Notes: generated by a model not told the origin, from the letters alone. 64,000 nucleotides of DNA from Marsupella aquatica (GCA_973895155.1 OZ316894.1:6596234-6660233), one strand, 5' to 3'; shown: positions 1 to 13,231, numbered from the stretch's first letter. Made by a program: numbers and translations.

Positions 1-336
1 GTTGAAGATAGTGAGACGACTTTAAACCCTAGACATCAATCTTCACTACCCTAGCACTCGAAAAAAAGAGGGAGCAAGTACTTTGAATTTGGTTAGCTCT
101 ATCCATTTAACGTACACCAAACCAAGTTCTCATAAGTCTATTACCAACCTTTGGACCAATAGGCAGAGAAGAAAGTCACAAATTTATTCCAACGATTGAA
201 GCAGCCAAGATCATCCAGACTACATCCAGAGTAATTGATCGAGTCACAACTCTGGCCTGCGTGCGGGTCAACCTTGAATCACAAGTCCTGCCGGACCGGA
301 GGAGTGGAAACTCAAAATTGATAGAGAAAAGAGTAA

Positions 337-394
337 GTGCGCAAGGTCTTCAATAAGGTTAGCGGATGTGCGCAAGGTCTTTAATAGGGTTAGC
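337..394. repeat. 31-bp two-copy tandem duplication
   Basis: gtgcgcaaggtcttcaataaggttagc (337) recurs as gtgcgcaaggtctttaatagggttagc (368). Confidence 0.85.
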
Positions 395-1440
395 AAAAAT
401 GACCAATGACGATTGAATATATGACTACTGAAGTGTCACCCAAGGAGCATGCACTCCATCACTAATTAAGGCTTCATTCCAGGCTGCACAGTATCTATTT
501 AGTAGGTCCTGACTCTCACACTGGGCAGGAATCTCCTTTGCTCCCGTTAATGACATGTATAGTTTGCTGTAGGCCATGCAACTAGCTTTGAGCCCAGGTC
601 TGACTCTATAACATACAACCACGCCTATTTTCAGCCCCGAGGCCATTTTGGATCAGCCATATCTATGATCAAATATTCAAAATCATATAATCTGGGCCTG
701 TAGGGGATTTCCACGTACCCAACCTAGCTATCTCCCCCTCCCCAGCCCAAAGGCAGCATTTTATTGCATGGTAACTACTTTGGGCAGCCAGGTAGGCAGC
801 AGAAAGAAGGATCTCTTCCATTCAGACCTGCCCAGATCCACCTGCCAGGAAGGGGAATTGCATTGTTAGGCCGGACTTTAGGGAGCAGGGTGTGGAGCGG
901 ACGAGTATGATGGGAGAAAACTCTTCCATAATTGCCAGTCGTACCTGACTTCCTTGACAAATTAAAAGAAGCTGTAACAGTGCATTGGTGGTTACTAGTT
1001 TAGGTGGAGAGCTATATACGCTGTCTGAATTTGGTGGGGTTCAGTGAAAGACTCTTGCTTATTACGTAGATCCCTCACCTAAGTACCAATACAAATTTGT
1101 CTTCTTACAAGTCGAATGGTGTGGGGTTGAATGAACAAAACTCCTTCCATCCGCGCTTTGATCGATCTATGCGCTCCTACCCGGGTCTTGATAAAGCATG
1201 CCGTTCGTCTGCCAGGGGTAGACGAGCCAGGTTGCGACAACGTAACGCATCCCATTCATCTACCATACACTGGTGGTTAGTTTATGCAGGCTGCGCTCAA
1301 GCTGGCGGGTACTGCTATATATAGAGGTTCTTTTCTAATCCCACTCAATTCATTAATCTGCAAGCTCTAATTAAGGATTCAAGCATAGCATTGCTTGGTG
1401 ATCGATTACTTTAGGCAGCTGGGCCCTGCCGGTAGCTAGT

Positions 1441-1685
1441 AGGCTATTTTTCTTCTCTTCATTTCCGTCTGTAAGAAGTCTTAGTCGTCGTTCGATCTCC
1501 TACTCACGTATTCCCCTCTGAAAGAAATGTAGCATCTCTCGTGGACAATCAGTTTAGTAGCTATATAGGCTATTTTTCTTCTCTTCATTTCCGCATGTAA
1601 GAAGTCTTAGTCGTCGTTCGATCTCCTACTCACTTATTTCCCTCTGAGAGAAATGTAGCATCTCTCGATCATGGACAATCAGTTT
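1441..1685. repeat. about 126-bp two-copy tandem duplication
   Basis: aggctatttttcttctcttcatttccg...gtcgtcgttcgatctcctactcac...tggacaatcagttt occurs at 1441-1555 and 1567-1685 with few differences. Confidence 0.9.
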
Positions 1686-2054
1686 CAACCGGGAGTACCT
1701 TCTCAATCCTTCCGAGCTTCGAAGAATTAAAGCTGTCCGCTCTCTTGTATTTAGTCTTCATCTCCCTCGATCTACTGTCTTGCTTTTCTCATTTTCAGCT
1801 TGTATGAAATTTTCAAACGATCTTTCGAGCTTCGAAGAAAGTTTAGTGTTTCCTTGTACTTAGTCTTCCTCTCCTATCCCACTTTTTTTGGTGCAAGCAG
1901 CCTATCCCGACAGTTCTCAGTTTCTCCTCAGTATTTAATCCTTCGAGCTTCCAAGATAGCTGTCTTTTGTGTTTCTCCCCGACTCAGCTAGCTAGTGAAA
2001 GCGCCAAATCGATCAGTGACGCCCCCCAATTAAGGTGATTCTTCAAAACTGCAG

Positions 2055-2417
2055 GTAAAGAATGATTCTCACCGGTATTCATTATATAACGTTATGTACT
2101 CACTTATATAGAGCTAGTCTACCTAGGGGTACCTCGATCTTAATGCTTCCTGAAGGGTACATCCTTAGAATTTTATTCATTGAGCAGTAATAGTTTCCCG
2201 TTATCAATTGAATTGCTTTGATTAGGGTAAAGCTGAATGAAAGTGTATTTTCCAAAAATGATCACCGAATGTGTTCTGCGTGTCTTGATGATCGAGTTTT
2301 ATGTGCCTGCAACCCGATCACTTCCGTGATCCACTTGATTAATGCTGCGTGTAATATATATATTAAGTCTGCATGAGTTTTAACTACTGTAATTGATTAA
2401 TTGCGGGTTTGCAACAG
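2055..2417 (+). other. putative 5' UTR intron of the F-box pseudogene
   Basis: CAG|gtaaag donor at 2055 and gcaacag| acceptor at 2417. A TATA-like ctatatatag lies upstream at about 1314. Confidence 0.45.
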
Positions 2418-2654
2418 GATCGGATACTTCCATGCCGATTTCTAAATCTCAAGTTTTGGGAAGTTCTTCAGAAGCTAACGAGGAAGATCGAAGAGATGTA
2501 CATCTCTTGTTGCCACTGCATCAACCGCAAGAATGAATGAGGGATCCGCATCCAGAACACCTCTTCTCTCCACCGAGGTGGACCTGCTGTCTCCGGCATC
2601 TATTTCAAGGGTTTGTGAAGCATCTTCATCTGGAACAGGTCGATCTCTTACCAG

Positions 2655-3954
2655 TTGATGCAGGTCTCGATCCTTGTAGGGGCCAGTTCCCAACTTGATT
2701 TATCACCATCGTCAGATCTCTGTGCAAGAGAAATATTCACCCGGATTCCAATACAGAAGCTGATTGAGTTCGAAACTGTCTTGAAGGAATGGAAAGCCTT
2801 CATTCTCTCAGGTAAGTTGAAAGAATTGGATAATTATAGAAAACCAGGTACCAGCAATGGGCCTTGGGTTATCATGGTTCTTAGTAGATGGACACCTACA
2901 TACGGGGTGATACTTCCTCAAGAGATGCAACCCTACAACAGCTAACTCAAAATGGGGGGGGGGGGGGGGTCATATTATGAGATATTTCACCCAGAAAAAC
3001 ATTCAGTATTGGAGAGGATTAGGGTCAATCAAGGTCTCGACATCTAGAGGTCTTATTTGCAGGTGTTCTGGAGCCTTTGCAGAGATAATAGATATTGTGA
3101 ATCCCGTCACTAAGGATTACAGACAAGTGATACCACTTGGAGTTTGGCTGCAAAAAAACGGACGTCCTGTTCTGTGGGGCGTCATTGTGGACAAGCACCT
3201 TGATATATATTAAGTAGTTGTACAGATTGTGAGGATTTCGGCTTTTACTGTGACCAGAGATCGATATCACATTAATTTGGTGCGAGAGTTGGTGGTGAGA
3301 GATGAAACTACACCCCTTCAGTTATTGGTGTACGAATTTATATCTCATTTTTGGGATAGGGCCTTTTCCTCGACCAATTTCGAGACTAGTGGGAAACAAG
3401 ATTGGTTCCTCTGCCTCCAGTGGAGGAAAATTGTATCTTTTGACAAGAGCTCAAGTTCAGGCATCGTGATCGGGGATTGGACCCATCCCTGTTTAATTAT
3501 GTATGATCTTGAACAGAGGACTTGCCAAGGGATATATTGTCCTGCCACGGAGGTATTACGGGAGCAAGGGAGAGCCGACTCTTGTTGAGCACAAAGGTGA
3601 CATTATTTACGTGACAAGGGATTTGCTAACAAGCAATCGCAGATCCTGGACCTTTTGGAGGCTTGAAGGTTATGGGCCTATCTCCTTATTTGTGCCAATG
3701 AAGAGATGCGGGAGGAAATTTTTCGAATGCTGAGCGGAAGAATCACTGTTGTGAGATGCCATGGGAGTGGTGGCAAAGTTTATTTTTATGGTGAGGCAAA
3801 AGGCATAGAGAATGTGACTACTATTCTAGTCCATGATTTGGTGAGAGACTCTTGGGTGTGGATGATGGATTATTTGTATCCGTACCTCCAAAAGGCCGTA
3901 AATATGCATTGCGATTTGATCTCCGTCAGATCTTCTTTTGTGAAGGTTAACTGA
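2655..3954 (+). pseudogene. F-box / F-box-associated (kelch-like) protein pseudogene
   Basis: F-box motif LSPSSDLCAREIFTRIPIQKLIEFETVLKEWKAFILS, then FBA-like STSRGLICRC..IVNPVTKDYR, Y*VVV and PTLVEHKGDIIYV. The frame is broken near the G16 tract (2954-2969), by an in-frame TAA at 3211-3213 (ORFs 2977 and 3229 share a frame) and by two more frameshifts (about 3560 and 3710). Confidence 0.75.
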
Positions 3955-4083
3955 GACTATACATTGAAGAAATGACCTTACATATGCATTGAGATTGATC
4001 TCTGCCAGACTCACGTGAAGCTAGCTAATCTAACTGACTTTATATCTACATTGAAGAAATCAGTGAGATCGACTGTACATTCA

Positions 4084-4473
4084 GTTGAATTTGAATTGCT
4101 GTTTGTCTCCTAGCTATTTTGGCTATACCTGGTTGTTCAAGCTTACTTAGTGAGCCTTTATATATTAAGGATATCGTACATAATCAAGTGCCCAATAGCC
4201 TGGAATGTTTCAGCAGCTAGGTGCTAGTTTTTTAGAGTAAATGTTCCTCAATCAGCCAGTGCGAATGTGCAATTATTACAAATATCACTTAATGAAGTTG
4301 AATTTGAATTGCTCTACTTTTGTCTCCTAGCTAGTTTTGGCTATACATGGTTGTTCAAGGTTAATTAGTGAGCCTTGAATGGGTATCTTACATAGTCAAG
4401 TGCCCAATAAGCTGACCAGCCTGGAATGTTACAAAAGCTAGGTGCTGGTTTCTTAGAGTAAATGTTCCTCAAT
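4084..4473. repeat. about 213-bp-period two-copy tandem duplication
   Basis: gttgaatttgaattgct...tgtctcctagcta...ctggaatgtt...gctaggtgct...tagagtaaatgttcctcaat at 4084-4252 and 4297-4473. Confidence 0.9.
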
Positions 4474-5549
4474 TTTACTGTTGTCTTGTAAGTAATTGGA
4501 GACGATATTAATCAATTCCGTATTCATTAATTAATGCACACTTATAAAGCATGTTTTACTCTATGCCATATAAGGTAAGTATGTTTCTATATGTATTTCA
4601 CTTCCAGTACCTTTGAAGATCTGGTAATGTTTATGATTGCCCTCTCTCATTTTGGTGGTCAGTGGTCAACTTTTGTCAGACCTGGACACTCCCATTCTGT
4701 TCAATATGGTAGAAAACATTTAGAACTCTTCCAAGTGATCGATGATGAGTGTTGTAGCTTTTGTTAACAAATTTCTGCGCAGATGATGATGAGTGTTGTA
4801 GCTTTTGTGAAAAATATTCTGCGCAGATACTCTATGTCTATTCAAAATCATCAAATGTAAAATTCTTGCACGTGCTGATAAGTGTTGTAGCTTCTCTACA
4901 CAGATTTTTTTGCAGCGTTGTAGGTCTTAAGTCATGCATTTTGCCTGTCCTACTAGGGCCGGTGTCACCACCAGTTTCTTAATGCAACTCGAATCGATCA
5001 AATATAAGTTGAGACTCAATTCAATTTTCCACCCCAAAAGAAAGGATAAAAATGTCCATTAGGAGTATCAATTCAAAATTATTACTTACAACAACCAGAT
5101 AAGTGGAGGCTAGTAGGCTTCAAAAGACATGCTTAGTAATGAATTATTCTGAAAATCACTTTTGCTCAGACTTGTATGGACTCATACTAGTCTGTCTTTG
5201 CTGGAGTCAGTCAGTCCTTGTATGTTCCTCCTATAGCTTGCTAGCTTGAGAATGCAGGTTGTGGGGTCTTTATGCTTAATTTGCATTTTTGTTGTCGAAA
5301 AACATTTATTATGCAGACAAAGAAGTGTTGTCAAATCAAAAGCTTCAAATTCCGGGGATCAACAATTGCACATTTGAATTCATGAGAGACCAATGATGAG
5401 AAATAAACTTTTGTATGTAATAACGCACTCATAACCTTGAAGGGGAGGCGGGGTCACTTCCATGGAAGTGGTACGTATAATTATATGTAACATGTGGCAA
5501 AGTAAAAAGTTATTACGGACTCCCATGGGAAGTTCATTCCAAAATCCCT

Positions 5550-6560
5550 ACAAGCACGTGCATTCACATCAACACTTTTAGTCAAAAACAAGAATGGGTG
5601 AAAAGAGGGTTAGTAAAAGAAAATAACCTTTGGATGGGTTGTGATTGATATATCAGTATTTTCTAGTTAGTAGATTGTATGAGTTTCATATTTAATTAGC
5701 AATTTTTGGAATAACCATAAGTAGAAAGAAACTTTTCACCTACTGTGATATTTACCAAGGTAACATAATAACATAAGGGTGATCCATGCCCTTTTGGATT
5801 TAGTATTAATAAAGTGATGAGGAGCACTCTCTCTTCATTCTCACGTTTTGATAATTTTTGTATCAAAATGATCATATTTTCATCTCTCATTTTTCTCTTC
5901 TATTCTTTGCCTTAATATGTATATAGTAAGGGGGCGTTCTTTGGCCCGGATAGCAAAAAAGTGAGTGGTAGACTTGTAGATAAGACCTTTGAAAATAAGG
6001 TCCTTTTGGAATGGTAGAGGTGGAGCATCATTTGGCCCGGGTGGCAAAAGAATAAGAGAGCCGTTATGAATGTAGGAGGGAGAGATGTCCCTAATCTTCT
6101 CATTTATAACCCATTTTTAGTTAGAGTTCATCTTTTAGACAAACCATTCATGAGATAATACTTAACATATCATTTTGGATCTCAATGTGCAACTGTTGTT
6201 ATGTGTTCTAACGAACCAATAGTATACCCAGTAGTGTCTTACCGAGAGGAATGAGACTGCATTATCTTTGTCCTCTATTGAAGTCATGGATCTAAATGTA
6301 AGTTCATATGATATTTTTGTTTCATTTTTTTTTTGAGATATTATGATCATATGTGGTAGAAAGATTAGTTTTCGAGAAATGTTGGTCCATAGGTATGGTG
6401 ATATAAAATTTAATAGTATATTAATTTCACCTGAACTTTTTTTAATACCCACTACCTCTCTTACTAGAGTTTTTTGGTTTTAGTGTAGAACTTATGGGCA
6501 TGCAAGGTTGATTTCATAAAAGTCAACATGCTTTTACCAGAAAATACGGTCACCCGGACA
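5550..6560 (+). mobile_element. old dispersed repeat (TE remnant) with an inverted partner at about 48380-49205
   Basis: aaagaaaataacctttggatgggttgtgattgatatatca (about 5616) and ttaccagaaaatacggtcaccc (about 6534) match the reverse complements of about 48993-49035 and 48385-48410. Boundaries are approximate. Confidence 0.5.
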
Positions 6561-6753
6561 ACGTTATGCATGCACTTCTTCCATGAATAATCTACTTGTT
6601 TTTCCTCTCATCTTCATTTTCAAACCTATTCCAATATATAACTTTCCATGTGTACTTAGTAATTTTTGAATAAAATCAAACTTACATAACCAAGAGGTCC
6701 TCGAACTAAGTTGTCAATAGAAATATAAGGTTGTTTAATTAATTATAAAATTC

Positions 6754-6788
<35 letters not shown>

Positions 6789-6800
6789 ATATATATATAT
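6754..6800. repeat. (AT)n microsatellite
   Basis: Interrupted run of AT dinucleotides. Confidence 0.95.
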
Positions 6801-8515
6801 TATCACGTGATCGATGTCATACAAATTTATAGAAAGTGACTTACGGGGTCAGAGAAGATCTGAAGGATTATGGCCAATGAGCTAGAGTAGCTCAGAAGTC
6901 AAGATGATTGAAGTCTCATTCTTTGGGGGCGTTATGCCACACAATGCCTTGTAAATACTACTTTTACCATATACTCAATGTCTCTTAAGAAGTAAGTTTC
7001 TCTTTGTAAACAGTCCATAATTGGATCAGCTCATTGTGCATAACAACTTGCCTCTGTTTTTACTAAAAGGTCTACCATGCCTTACATATATCAAGGTCTT
7101 TTTCAGCCATTTTTCTGTGGGCAAAAAATCACTGATCACCTTCCAAATGTACAGTTGGCAAGCAAATGATACTCAGACTATAGTTTAAATAAGTTATGCC
7201 AGAGTCACCACCATCTAGTCCACTATGGGGAAGCTAGCATCAGCCAGAAAGTACTCAATGTACAGTTGACTATTAGTATTAACTCCAAATATTAACCACA
7301 CATCATGCGGGACGTCATGCGAGCTTCATGTCTGCCCATAACCAGACTTCATTATTTTATGTCTGTACAGTAAAGTTACTGCACTGCTTCTAGAGCTAAT
7401 TGTCACCTTGGCTAGTTTTTAGAAACAAGAAAAAATGGACACTAGTATCCAAATGTATTATTATATAAGGTAGGTATAGTGGACACTAATAGCCCCTCAA
7501 AACTCCAGATATATGATTCAAGCTCTAGTTTTTGGAGGCGCTCCCAATCATTCAATGTCATGTAAACATGACTTTACAATAGTCACAGTCTACAAGCAGT
7601 GTGGATAAGAGCATTGCATTCATAGTTTAGGCCCACCATGTAGTCCACTCATATTACTGACAGTGAATTAATTTGTGAATGCACCAAAAAAATGCACTTT
7701 ACAGACTGAAGTGCAAGTCAACCCGCACTAAATGACAAAATGTTGGCACTAAACAACCAATGCATCAGTGCATTTCAGTCCATAAGTGTACACTGTATGC
7801 GTTTGTCAATTACTCCCGCAATTACTGCAAATGAATGCTTACATAGGAAGAATTTGTTGATAAGTGCACCAAAGAACTAAATAAAGTAGTTGCATGCACT
7901 TTTCCAGTTAAGCCTTGCAACGTGAAGGCTCAAGGTATGAGGAGCCTAATGTATGCAACATGACATAACAAGGAAAAGCATAAGTAATTTCTCATGCACT
8001 TATTGATTACAGTACATATACAGACCATGCACATATGGAGAAGTGCATAAATTTTATGCCTGGCATATGTCTCGTCTACCAAATCTTGAACATGAATAGT
8101 GGAGAGGACAATAAAAGTGTCACCAAAATATATTCCCTGTTCATATTTACGGACCCCGATAAGAGGTCTCTTGCAAATTCCCTGCCATGAGGTTGCGCCA
8201 CATCATCACAACCAGCCACAAACAAGAATGATCCTACTTTTAACAATAACAAACGTGCACATTCCTGTTTGTGACAAAAACAACGTAATTTTTGGGGCGC
8301 CATGCCGTAAATATTGAACGTAAAAAAAAACAAAATACAAAGGGAGATATGTCATTTAGTAAAATAAAGTTACCATGTTGATGTTTGTCAAAGATATATC
8401 AGTGTTTTATATCAAAATGCTTGTATTTTTTAATTGTTTGCAAGCTTGAAAAAACCAACCAATAGAAATGTACATAGTTAAAACCCCTTTGGCTTCACAT
8501 TGTAAAACTAAATAA

Positions 8516-9005
8516 TCAATCTTCTTAGTACTTGATAAAATCTGTCAATGTTTGATTCATTTTAAAAAGAAAGATCAAGATTTAGAAACTCGTGACCTCT
8601 TTAGTATTGTCTTGATAAAATCTTTCAATGTCACACTCATTGGAAAGCTAATATAAAATTAAAAACTCATCATCTCCTTAGTACTTGACAAAATCTATCA
8701 ATGTTAGGTTCATTGGAAAGCTAGAAAAATTCAGATACTCATGATCTCTCTAATTCTTGACGAATAATCTCAATGTCACACATTAGAAAGCTAGAGAGAT
8801 TGAAAACCTCATGATCTCTTTAGTATCGTGACAAAATTTGACATAAAATTTGTCAATGTCGAACTCAATGTTGGAAAGCTAAAAGAATTCATGGACTCAT
8901 GATCAAAATTTCTTATACTCACACTCATTGGAAAAGCAAAGAAATTCAAAAACTCATTATTTTGGAACTTGACAATATTTGTCAATCTGAGGCTCATTGG
9001 AAACC
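8516..9005. repeat. degenerate about 70-bp minisatellite, about 7 copies
   Basis: Unit roughly aaactcatgatctctttagtacttgacaaaatctgtcaatgtcacactcattggaaagctag. The cattggaaag core recurs at about 8638, 8711, 8781, 8869, 8926 and 8995. Confidence 0.85.
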
Positions 9006-9690
9006 CTTTCTCGATTAAGAAATATCACAATCTCATCACCGTCACAAATTTAGCCGTTGAAAATTGATTTTTTTGATTACGTCGCCATCCCTTGTCCACA
9101 ATGCTTGCTTCCCGGGTTGAATTGTTTGCATTCTTCTAGTCTTCAACTGAAGCTCACTCTGAACACAAGTTGACGCCAAATGCAACCTTTATGTCAAAGA
9201 AACAATCGTTGGTCTCCCCCTCACACCATAGCTTTCTTAAATAAAAAAACTACGAATCCTTCATGTGAAGCGATGACTCGTTTGTTTTGTGTGTTCTTCC
9301 CACCGAATCGACAAGAGCTCTTTTGCCAATAGCTAAGTGTTGTCCTCCAGTCTGTCTTGTGGCGATAATGCTCAATGTAACTCACAAACAATCAATCATG
9401 AATGATAGAAACACGATTTCTGCAATGTGTAAGCAAAAACCACCAAAAAACTCAATTCCTCCATATTCAACCTTCCATTGATAAATCTCCTCTATCTTTT
9501 GAGCTTTTTCTTTTGCACGAGCACACACCAAGACCATCAGGAGACTCAAAATCGTCGATTACCGCCTTGTTGAAAATTGATTTCACTTCATCAAACACAC
9601 ATTCCTTGGATGAACATGGGGTCCACGGATTAATTTTTGAATGTTAATGAAATGATAAAAAAAACATCATGCATGTCCTCATTTTAATAA

Positions 9691-10442
9691 TCTTACTTAG
9701 AAAGCATCAACTACAAGCTAGAGTTGAGGCTTAGGCTTCTACAGTGAAGCACAAGCTAGAGTTTGGGCATAGGCTTCTAGAGTGAAGCCTCTAGATTGTA
9801 ACTCCATGGCCCACCATGTGGATGGGAATGAAAATTCATGGCTATGATGTATGTCAAATGATAACCATACATACATTTTGTCATGGTTTCTAATTAATGT
9901 TGGGTTCTAGTTATATTCATTTAGCATAACATATGTGCATAGCTAGAAAGGAGTATATGGCTCTACCACTAAGATTTTTCAGTTCTCTGCTCGATCACTA
10001 GGGTGTTTGCCATCATGGCTCCTTTGTAGGTTACTTTTTGGTCCTTGTTCCTTTGTTGACTATTGGTTGGGGACCCCTCAGTTGGCTTGTTTTTCTTGGG
10101 GCCCTTTCCCCTCTTTTCCTCCCCTTCATTGGGTTGCTTTGCCTTTGGGATCATGTCTCCCAGTTATGCATTTTCTGCCCTTGGGCACTATTTAGTATGG
10201 CATGTTATGTATGATTACTCCTTTCTATGCACATATGTTATGTTGGGGCCACAGAGTCCATTTTTTGAATGTAAATAGAAATCATGACAAAAAGTATGCA
10301 TGCTTATCATTTGACATACATCATAGCCATGAAGTTTCCAATTCACATGGTGGGCCATGGAGTTATGGTGTAGAGGTTTCACTCTAGAAGCAGGCCCCAA
10401 CTCTAAAAGACTAGGCCCTTGTAGTTGAGGCTTGATAATAGA
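9691..10442. mobile_element. foldback / MITE-like element with about 230-260-bp imperfect terminal inverted repeats
   Basis: 9702-9957 (aagcatcaactacaag...actccatggcccaccatgtg...ttcatggctatgatgtatgtcaaatgataa...cataacatatgtgcatag) is the reverse complement of 10213-10433. No coding capacity and no TSD identified. Confidence 0.75.
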
Positions 10443-10697
10443 TACGAGACCACGCACATATGGAGAAGTGCATAGTTTATATGCCTTGCACATATTGCAC
10501 AAGAAGTGCAGACCATGCACATATGGAAAAGTGCATTAATTATATGCCTTCCACTTACAGCTTGGTGCATTCCGTGCATTAGTGATGGCTTCTTGTGTCC
10601 TGCCGGTATCCTGCACTTCTCCATAAGATTGGGAACAGAACATCGATAATTCAGAGCAAAGTGAGGCAGAGAGACGAATTCAGTCAGTGGATTCTTG

Positions 10698-13231
10698 ATG
10701 TGGTCGAGAATGGTTGAATTGCGTTAAGCAGCTCGAATCTTCTCGTTCCTGTGTGGCATCGAAGTTAATAGTGGTTTAGGGGAGTCTCAGGGTAAAGCAG
10801 GACCTCGAGAAGTTCACGGGAGGCAATGGGGTCGCCCAGCGAAGAGGAAGCCGGAGAAGAAGCTTGGCACGCACAACGGTACGTCTTTCATTGTGACGAG
10901 GCTCTGGGCTGCTTTATGATTCGACTGACGGACAAATTCTCCGGCGCAGAAGTGGGTCCGAACAAGAGATCAGCCGGTATCTCTCTTTAACTGCAAATTA
11001 AATGGTCGATTACTCCTATAGATCTGCATTCCGCCATTCGGAACATAATCTGCGCTCAGGTCGAAAAACCGTTGCTTGAATTTGTTGTATCAATCATGGT
11101 TTGAGGGTTCTGCTCAGCTGGTTGTAAGAGTGCACGAAAGTGATCAGTCCTCTCACAGTGACAGCACAAGTATTGAAGTCACTGTGTTGGTTCACTCTAT
11201 TGGTCAGTCCCAATGCCACCGGAGGGCGCCGGGTATAGTGCCCCCCTCCCCCTCCTTTTCCCCACTTTGTGTGCTGAGGGGTCGACAGAGTGCTCACCCT
11301 CTGTCCCTGCCCTCCCCCTCGCAGCTTAAATAATCGTCCTATCATAGAATCGTTAATGATGCTGTAATTAGATGTTCGACACTTGAAAACCACTCATTCA
11401 GTAATTCATCGGATTGCAAATGTTGGGGTTGCAGATTCTTGACATAATGGATGCGGTGCTAGACGTCGGGGGTGTTTATGATTTGGAAATCGATCGGTAT
11501 GACCACCATCAGAGGGGTTTAGACCAGGTCTTTGGACACGGTTTCACGACGAAGTTGAGCAGGTCTCGTTCACAAACTGCATGTCCATTGCCATCGAATT
11601 TTGAATTTTGAACAAGGAGACTTGCAAGGTTTGCCTTCTGGAGACATAAGCTGCCCACAAGGGAGTTTAATTTCATTCTTAGTTTAAGTATGCCTTGTAC
11701 TTATCAGGAGCTTGTATTGTTGAACTGCAAATTCAACAGCAGTTTGGCGAGGAGATCGTTCCGAAAGTAAGAAACCCCCGGATCCTGATGTGATATGAGT
11801 CTACCGTGCTGTCTATAAGAGCTTCATGGAGGTATTGATCGTCACGTCTACCGGGACATTTTTACTTTCAAATTGTCGTCTTAAACATCCTTCGTTCTGG
11901 GTTTGGTGCTTTGTATGGCCAAATTCGGAAGCATTTCTTAAAGAAAGCATTTACCTTAAAGTAATCGGGTTGTACGGTTGTTTGGGCATGAATGGTTACT
12001 CGCAGTTGCTCTGCAATCATTCCAACGTTGTAATTTCTTCCTCAATAAGCTCTGTGATTGTTGTAGTAATCTGTCTTAGTTGTTGTTCACTTACAACTTT
12101 TGGTCTCATGGCTGCAGTCAGTGCACTTCTATGGAAAATCATGGCTATCAGCGAGGTCAATTGTGGCAGAAAGCTTGGTAGTGAGATATCAAGCCCATGA
12201 ACATGGGGAGATTATGATCTTGAATCAGTTTTGTCCATGATGTGATCCAGCACAGCATAGGCTGTTTGACTTGGATCGTATCGTATCTCCTCATGTTATG
12301 TATGTGGATTTATGCTGTAGAAGTACTCAAAGCCATAAGCCGGAATGTCCTTCATTGGGTTGATCGCTTATGTGTTTCTCGCTTTTTTACCTGTGCATTT
12401 AGCATCACAATGTCTTACAGTGTTGATGTTTAAAGTTGTGATGGCTAACCTCGAGCGCTCTTTACCTCAATTTTTTCTTAACAGTGTGCAAATGCTCTGC
12501 CTATGGCAGTGGAAGCAGCACCTCTTTGAAATTGAGGAGAGCTAGGGTTGAATCCTACTAACGAATACGTGGTCTACCAGGTAACTAGCAGAGACTGCAC
12601 CGATGAATCATTAGCTGAAGCGTCACTTGTGTCTGCAGCTCGCTTGTTTCATGAACAATTGCACTAAATTGTGATCAGGATGCCTTTTCGACCAAAATAA
12701 CCTGTCTTTGGAAAAGGATTTAACAATATGTGTGCATAATCCAGGATTTTTCCTATATTGGTCAAGATATTGGTAGATGCAGGCAGAACTTATCATGATT
12801 GTTCTCTCATCTCATCGTATTTTGTTGGAAGGGTCTTTGTGGTTGGATGTTTTGACAGGTGTCTATTCAGTTTTGATGTGGCCCTCATATAATGCCGGAA
12901 TTGACATAAGATGCAATATTGGCTAAGTGGGAGCATTGTATGTTGATTCTTATTGCAGATGTGCCTCAATTTGCCCCTGTTGACTTCTTAGGATGAACAA
13001 AGTGTGCGCAATGGCATGTTCAAACAGTGGCTGTCGCCTTTGGAAAGTCTGAAAGCAGGAAGGCCTTGCCAGTGACACGGCGCGGACTGCGTGATGAAGA
13101 GCTTTCATAGGAAGCTAGAATCGAAGGAGGTTTGTTTGTTCACAGGAGTGGATTTCATCGGAGGTGCTAAGACACTTGACAGTATTCTGGAGCTTGCTAG
13201 GAAAGCATCAAATGTAATGGAAAGTGCCTGA
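10698..13231 (+). pseudogene. MYG1: MYG1 exonuclease pseudogene (intron-containing)
   Basis: Exon remnants: to 10976 KKLGTHNGT/FHCDEALGCFMIRLTDKFSGAEV/VRTRDQ; 11435-about 11575 DAVLDVGGVYD..DRYDHHQRG..VFGHGFTTKLS; 11740-11831 QFGEEIV..VYRAVYKSFME; 12118-12237 SVHFYGKSWLSARSIV..GEIMILNQFCP; 12510-12580 WKQHLFEIEE/ELGLNPTNEYVVYQ; 12992-13231 WHVQTVAV..ESRKALP..RGLRDEELS*..FVHRSGF/IGGAKT. Multiple frameshifts, stops at 11796 and 13108, and two splice donors lost. Confidence 0.9.

Noticed and set aside
7200-7260. Minus-strand EYFLADASFPIVD* resembling the Harbinger transposase YLLGDxxYP motif
   Set aside because: The other DDE motifs were not found and the match is too short to call.
8516-9005. 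About 70-bp repeat read as a 24-aa LRR coding array or a CRISPR array
   Set aside because: The period varies (57-88 bp), there is no sustained frame or LxxLxL pattern, there are no unique spacers, and the context is eukaryotic.
12485-12580. In-frame TGA codons suggesting selenocysteine or readthrough
   Set aside because: Explained as out-of-frame reading of a frameshifted MYG1 exon.
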